The translations under genes and the position numbers were made by a program. A stretch of 64,000 nt of DNA from Alloascoidea hylecoeti (taxonomy: Eukaryota). The DNA is taken from contig BCKZ01000008.1 of the NCBI GenBank assembly GCA_001600815.1, forward strand, positions 62,001 to 126,000. The letters run 5' to 3'. Shown here one piece after another: positions 57,901-64,000 of this stretch. The notes under the pieces were generated by a model. That model saw nothing but the letters and a program-made list of their open reading frames with translations. It was not told where the DNA came from and did no database searches. The stretch's first letter is position 1. Each line of letters begins with the position of its first letter.

Positions 57901-59857
57901 TTAATTGTTCAAAAGGTTTAAAAGGTTTACCAATTTTAAAATCAATAATTTTTCCAAGACCTTTTTTAATATCTGAAATTCTTGGAGAATAATGATATTT
58001 ATAAAACCATGGCCATGATTGAACACCTTTATAATAATAAAATAAAACCCATTGTAATCCTTCAATATAATTTTCAGTTAAATTTTTAATTTCTTCTTCA
58101 TTATTTAAATGAAAACCAAATTTTTCAATATAATATCCATCTCTCCATTTATCAAATTTTTCATTATAAATTTTTTTCTTTTCTTCTTCATCTTCTGGAT
58201 TTAATGTTTTTGTTGCTATATATTTTTTTAAATTTTTCTTTAAAAGATTTACAGTTTCTTGTGATGTTATTGCATCATGATCCATTATTGCAATATAAGA
58301 ATCTGATGAATGAACTAAAATAAGATTAAATTCAGATGCAATTTTCTTGAGAAATTGTAAATTATCACCAATTATTTTACTTGGAATTTCAATTTGATCT
58401 TCTTCGTCATCATCCTCATCATCATCATCATTATCATTATCATTATCAACAATCTTTTTTGGAAATTTTTCAAGTTCTTGTAAAATAAAAGAATTTAAAA
58501 ATTGAAGTATTCTCTTTTCACCTCTTTCTAAAATTTTTTTTTTATTCCCAATACTAATTGTTTGTAATTCTTGATTAAACCAATCAACGTCTAAAGCATC
58601 ACCACCTTCAAAGATTCTTCTTTCGAAAATTTCTAATTCATCTAACCATATTTTAAATCTTTCCATATTAATAACACCATTTTCATTTAAGTAACCATCA
58701 AGATTTCCTTTAATAAAAGCATTTTTAAAAGTTTGTATTAAAACAGGAAATGCACCTTTATTTATATGTAAATCAGGTAAATTCGGTAAAAAATCATTCC
58801 CAATAACATACATTATAAAAATAAAATCATCCAATAAATTTTCAAAATTATATTTAAATTTACCTTCAAATTCAATTGCATCTTTTAAATCATCAAATTC
58901 AAGTTGTAAATATTCCCTTACTAAACTTAAATGAAGTAAATAGAAATTTTCATCTTCTAAAGTTTTTCTTTTTTGTTTATCACCTCGTCTACCAAAAACA
59001 ACTTCTTCTCTTAATAAAGCAAAATGAGGAATATGAGTAACAAGACCTAACATAATCAAATCAGCATCTAAACCATAAATACAATGTCGTAAATTAACGT
59101 CATAATCATCTCTTCCAATGCTACCACGAATATATTCCATAATTTTATGTTCTCCTTCACCAGGTACTTCATGACCAGATAAAACAATTTCTATTCCTTG
59201 CCAATTCTTATCATTCATAACTTTAGCATTAATAAAATACTTCAAATGAATACTGACTTTCTTCATAAATTCCGTACCGGGAGTAATTGAATTCGTATCA
59301 AAAGGAGGTTCTTTAGGAATTTCAATTCCTTCTCTTTCAGCTTTTTCTAAAGCTTTTTCAGCATCTAGTGCTGTTCTAAAACGACGTGAACGTTGTTGAT
59401 TCATTTTAGCTCTCGGAGCAACACCATCAATTGCCATGAAAAAAGTCTTTTTTGGTTTTATTAATGTAAATAAATGATCAATATATGCAAATATTGCAGT
59501 CATTATTTGAGATTCGGTTAATCGTTCCATCGCATCATCATTCCCATGTGTACAATTATCTAAAAAATCCCAAAATCAAAATCAAAAATCAAAATCGAAA
59601 TCAATAGTTCAACCGTTAACAGATCATCCAACATTATATACCTTTCTTGTTTTTTTCAATACATACGAAGAATTGAATTCATATCAAGATATAAATTATC
59701 AAACCTATAAAACAAATAATCAATTAGCCATCACATCATAATCATGAACGTCTCTATATCCCAAAAAAACGTACTCCGGGATCCTATCGTCCTGAATCAA
59801 ATCACTGATCAACGGCCATCTCTCTGAAATAAACCTGAAAAACTTTGGAATTCCCAT
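54965..59857 (-). CDS. XRN1: 5'-3' exoribonuclease 1; exons 59857-59775, 59704-59667, 59559-54965
   Basis: Splicing introns 59774-59705 (GTACGT..TAG) and 59666-59560 (GTATGT..TAG) gives MGIPKFFRFISERWP..EFDNLYLDMNSILHNCTH. Further motifs: AIDGVAPRAKMNQQRSRRF, GEGEHKI, YGLDADLIMLGL, GNDFLP. Long Xrn1-type C-terminus. Confidence 0.97.
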
Positions 59858-60034
59858 TTTGTATGTATTTTATTTATCTACTTGAATATTATGTTATTTT
59901 AAGATGTGAGCGAAAGTAAGAAACTCTAGTGATTAATTTTACCCTTACCATTCTGAAATATACCTTTTAGTCATAGGTTACCCTGCCTCACAATATAGAA
60001 AATGATAAGGACTACAATACAATAATCCTTCAAA

Positions 60035-60504
60035 ATGTCAGGTGCACCAGGTATGTTTAATAATTACCAGTATAATTTATATATATCACTAATATGAAAA
60101 GGTGGACCACTTCCAAGATGGACTCCAACACCTCCAGAACGAGGTTCATTCCCATTAGATCATTTTGGCGATTGTAAAAAAGTCATGCAATCTTACCTTG
60201 AATGTTTAAAGATTGTTAGAGGACAAAATGCTCCTAATTGCCGTTTATTAGCAAAAGAATATTTAAGATGTCGAATGGATAAGTATGTATACTCTTATGA
60301 ATATTATGTATATAAAACTAATTTGGATTTTATAGTGAATTGATGGATGATAGTGATTGGAGAGATTTAGGATTACCATTAGATGAAAAAAACCAATCTA
60401 CGTATAAAACTATGAAATTAGCTTCTGATACTTCTAATTCAGAATTACAATCAGAATCTAGGAATTTAGCAAAACAAAGGATAACAGAAGATTCAAGAAA
60501 GTGA
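60035..60504 (+). CDS. COX19: Cytochrome c oxidase assembly factor (twin Cx9C); exons 60035-60050, 60102-60282, 60336-60504
   Basis: Absent from the ORF track. Introns 60051-60101 (GTATGT..CACTAAT..AAG) and 60283-60335 (GTATGT..AACTAAT..TAG) give [39 protein letters not shown]. Confidence 0.93.
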
Positions 60505-60699
60505 ATTTTCATTCGTATAAGTTATATCAAAAATAAAAAAATAAAAAATGTATATAAATAAAATAAAATAACACCTCTATCATTCAGTGTAATTTTAAAT
60601 ATAAATAAAATTTTACATAACTTCTGCTGTTTAGCAACTAAAGTCTACAATTTATCATAACGTGAGACTTTTTTACATTTTTAACAAACCAAATCACTC

Positions 60700-61170
60700 C
60701 ATTTTGTACTCCATGTCCCAAGTTATCCATTATATTCTTATCATTTTTCAATAATAATACAGCGCTTATATTTATGGATATAATGATAGTGATGGGTTGA
60801 TGGTAATAAAGACACACGTAAACTTACATCAGATTTCTCAACTATTTCATCCATTGTAACTGCAATGACTCCAATAAGCTAATCATTATGCGCGTTAATG
60901 AAAATTGTAGATATCTTGCAAACAATTTTGGGTTTTTTTTGGGGAATTCACCATAATTGGCAATGTTTTAATTAACATCAAATCCCATCAACTTTTTAAC
61001 AAAATATCTATCAACTCAACTCATACCACCAATCCCAACCGTTTAACCCTCGAGATCATTCCAAACTCTATATTTTTACCTATATAGTAACCATAGAGGA
61101 AACAAAATCACTTATGACATTCAACACAAGTGACAAGCTTTTCTCTGGGAGAAGTCAACTGAGGAATGGA
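60700..61170 (+). mobile_element. Possible heavily decayed Ty3/gypsy integrase relic
   Basis: Fragments LHVPSYP, DGLMVI and HSTQVTSFSLGEV occur in integrase order, with many stops and frameshifts. Confidence 0.35.
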
Positions 61171-61614
61171 TGGAACCAATACTTTCCTGGACTTCCCGAC
61201 ATCCCAAAACTACAGTAAAGAGTCTACAACAAAATGATTTGTGGAAGTTCCCTCATTTGGAACGCTCCAGCGATATTTAGCATTGGTTCTCCCTTCTGGC
61301 CGAAATTTAATTGAGGAAAAAGAAAGATCTATTTTAAGTTGAGTATATATGGTATTACTTTTCAAAATAAAATTGCAAAATTAATATTAAAAGCCATATA
61401 TAATATATATATAATATATAGTTATCGTAATACGAAGTTATGAGAAGAAATAAAATAAATAAATAAAAATCTAATAGCAATAGCAAATAATTCTAATGAA
61501 GTATTCACCACCCAGATAAATCAAAAGAAGAAAAAGACAAAAAATTATAAGATATACCATAAATTTATAATTAATGTTTCTAATCCTTGTAATCTGACTA
61601 ATTCTCAATCTTAA

Positions 61615-61930
61615 TTTATTATTCATCAATTGTTCATGGGTACCTTGTTCCAAAATCTTTCTATTTTCAAAAACATAAATAATATCAGCATGTTGAATAG
61701 TACTGCCGCATCAATAGCTTGTTGTACAATCTTTTCAGATTCCGAATCTAGCGTACTTGTTCATCCAATAATAAAATCTTTGGATTTCTAATCAATGTTC
61801 TTACGATTGCAATTCCTTGTTTTTGTCCACCTGATAATAATGTACCCTTTGAGCCACACATTGTGTTGTAACCATTTGGTAATGATATAACAAAATCATG
61901 AATATTAGTTAATTTTGAATCTTCAACAGT
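61615..61930 (-). pseudogene. ABCB/MDR1-type transporter C-terminal NBD fragment
   Basis: [44 protein letters not shown], frameshift, [16 protein letters not shown], then (H-loop deleted, frameshift) STIQHADIIYVFE..EQGTHEQL. The rest of the gene is absent. Confidence 0.85.
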
Positions 61931-63176
61931 ATATTCGCTAGAAAGAACCTAATATAGCGGAACACCCTACAGTCATATAGAATTAATATGAGATTCATTT
62001 ATTACAAATGAAAATAAAAATATAAAAAGGAGAAGTTTGTATGCTCAGGTCCATTCGTGATCTAATCTAATCTACAGGTAGTGCTTGACAAAGTTGCTCC
62101 ATATCGTATATTGAACTTCTTATAAATGGCGATGATAGGCATATATATGAGTATGGATGGCCTGAGTCTTTGGGAATTATTGAAGATTTAGGATTTATGA
62201 TTTTGTGGGCCAACCCCACCCAGCAACTTATAAGCTAATAATTACCCGCAATTAATGTAATTATAATGAAAGGTATATCATTGAACTTGTAAAATTTGAA
62301 CTATATGCATATGTATTAGGTAGCCAAAGCTTAAAACATAAAACTCTATGCATGAGAGTTGCCCACAATCCTATTCAATATTCCTTTAAGTATGATTAGG
62401 AGGAATCGAACTGCTTATTGAATTTATAATCCTAGTATGAACGATGCAGTCTTGTGCAATCTTGCTACTTTAGGCTTCAAAAACAATAACCCTTAATATT
62501 TAAGGAACTTATACCATCTCAAACGAATATCCTTTCCCCATTTGAATTATCTTACAACATAAAAAAAACTAACACTAATATATTTACTATTATGATTTTT
62601 TGATACATATTATTTACAATCTTTAAGTATAAGCTTATAATACAATTATAATAATGATTATACTGTTACATGATAGTTTTACAGTTGATAAGTTGCAATT
62701 GTTTGTAATAAAGAATTTTCTTATATTGATAAATGTAAAAAATATAAATAAAAAAAATTTAGATATAAATATAATAAAAAAAAGAAAGAAATCGATAAGA
62801 TAAGATAAGATAAAAATAAGATAAACTTAAGTTATTGCAATTATGAAAATCATCATCATTATTTGACTTATATCTTCATTTCATTTCATTATATAATATC
62901 GATATTAAAAACAGCGTATATCAATATTAAAACATGTCAAGGTAAAGTTAAAAAAATCATAATAATTACTTCAATTTTATTCAATTCAATATCAGAAAAA
63001 ATTTTATAAAATAAAATAATTGTTTGATTTCTTTTGACTTATGGATCCAAAGGTAAATAATATTAATAATAATAAAAAAACAACTAAACATGCAAACTAA
63101 ACAATTCAAAAATCAACATCTCATAGTAACATAAAAATAAAAAGAAAAATCATGATTCAATTGAATGTTAAAAGAG

Positions 63177-63290
63177 GAAATAAAGAAATAAAGAAATAAA
63201 AAAATAAAGAAATAAAGAAATAAAGAAAAAGAAATAAAGAAATAAAAAAATAAATAAAAATAAATAAAAATAAATACAAAAATAAAAAGA
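63177..63290 (+). repeat. (AAAGAAAT)n / A-rich tandem repeat
   Basis: Tandem 8-nt AAAGAAAT units grading into AAAAAT-type units. Confidence 0.85.
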
Positions 63291-63531
63291 AAATATTTAA
63301 AGGTATTTGATAATCATTTTTTTCTTAATTTAACAATTTAACCAAAACATTTACCTTCACCTTTACTTTTACATTTACCAATAAAAGTATCATTATACCC
63401 CATCATGAAATTTCATATCATTTTCATTTCCATAAGATAAGATATCAAAAGCCAGATATTTACCTAACCAACCAATCATAAAATTTAAAATATAAAAGAA
63501 GAACAAATACTATAAAATTAAATCTTCATCT

Positions 63532-63999
63532 TTATGTTGATTTTGATGATGATTTTTTAAATCTTAAAGAAATTCTTTCTGATAATTTAGAAGCACCAAC
63601 ACCAGCATTTTTCAATAAAATTTTTTCATTTTTTTGAAAATTATTTAAAGAAATTTGAAATTTTTTAGATAACTTATCATTTAATTTATCAATTTTTAAA
63701 TAATTTTTTTTTAAATTTAATTTAATTTTTTGTTTTAAAATTTTATTTTTTTCTGAAATTTTTATAATATTTGATGATAAAAATTCTTTTCTTTTTGATA
63801 ATTTTTGTTTTAAAAATTCTTTCCTTTTTGAAATTTTTAATGATAGAAATTTTGAATCATTTGATAATTTATTATATTTATTTTTAAAATTTTCTTTTTT
63901 AAATTGTAAATTTTCATTATTTATTTTATCTTTTAAGAAAACATGAACTGATTTCTTAAACTTTCGTAATTTCTTTAATTTTAAATCTTTATAATCATT
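63532..63999 (-). CDS. 3' end of a Lys/Asn-rich ORF that begins beyond the window
   Basis: About 155 uninterrupted codons (NDYKDLKLKK..KNAGVGASKLSERISLRFKKSSSKST*) in very AT-rich DNA. It has no ATG inside the window and is missing from the track. Confidence 0.65.
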   Translation of the reverse strand, partial: NDYKDLKLKKLRKFKKSVHVFLKDKINNENLQFKKENFKNKYNKLSNDSKFLSLKISKRKEFLKQKLSKRKEFLSSNIIKISEKNKILKQKIKLNLKKNYLKIDKLNDKLSKKFQISLNNFQKNEKILLKNAGVGASKLSERISLRFKKSSSKST

Positions 64000-64000
64000 T

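Noticed and set aside
1029..61653. Most 60-105 aa ORFs in the track
   Set aside because: They are antisense or off-frame shadows of real genes, AT-rich low-complexity readings or transposon fragments, and many start at TTG/GTG.

Overview
AT-rich budding-yeast (Saccharomycotina-type) genomic window. CTG is read as Leu, and introns are short (51-107 nt) with degenerate branch points. Protein genes: a yapsin-like aspartic protease, CYS4, RNA15, SAN1, UBR1, a DCAF4/WDR21-like WD40 protein, a PTS1-tagged Zn alcohol dehydrogenase, an amino-acid/choline-GABA permease, AGC1, two C2H2 transcription factors, a secreted Ser-rich repeat protein, an ALR1-like CorA transporter, SAE2/Ctp1, an orphan ORF, XRN1, COX19 and the 3' end of a Lys-rich ORF. 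Several of these needed intron-containing models that the ORF track misses. There are two convergent tRNA genes (Ala-AGC, Gly-TCC). The intergenic DNA is full of decayed mobile elements: a MITE, a pogo/Fot1 transposon with very long inverted ends, three Tc1 relics, Ty3/gypsy relics, a probable solo LTR and two gene-fragment pseudogenes. The strongest lead is at 20.4-23.3 kb, where 5'-truncated L1-clade non-LTR retrotransposon relics and related poly(A)-ended 3' ends flank both tRNA genes, with 5' ends facing the tRNA. This geometry resembles Dictyostelium TRE5/TRE3 and suggests tRNA-gene-targeted LINEs in a yeast. It rests on only two tRNA loci and hand-read motifs, so it needs genome-wide testing.
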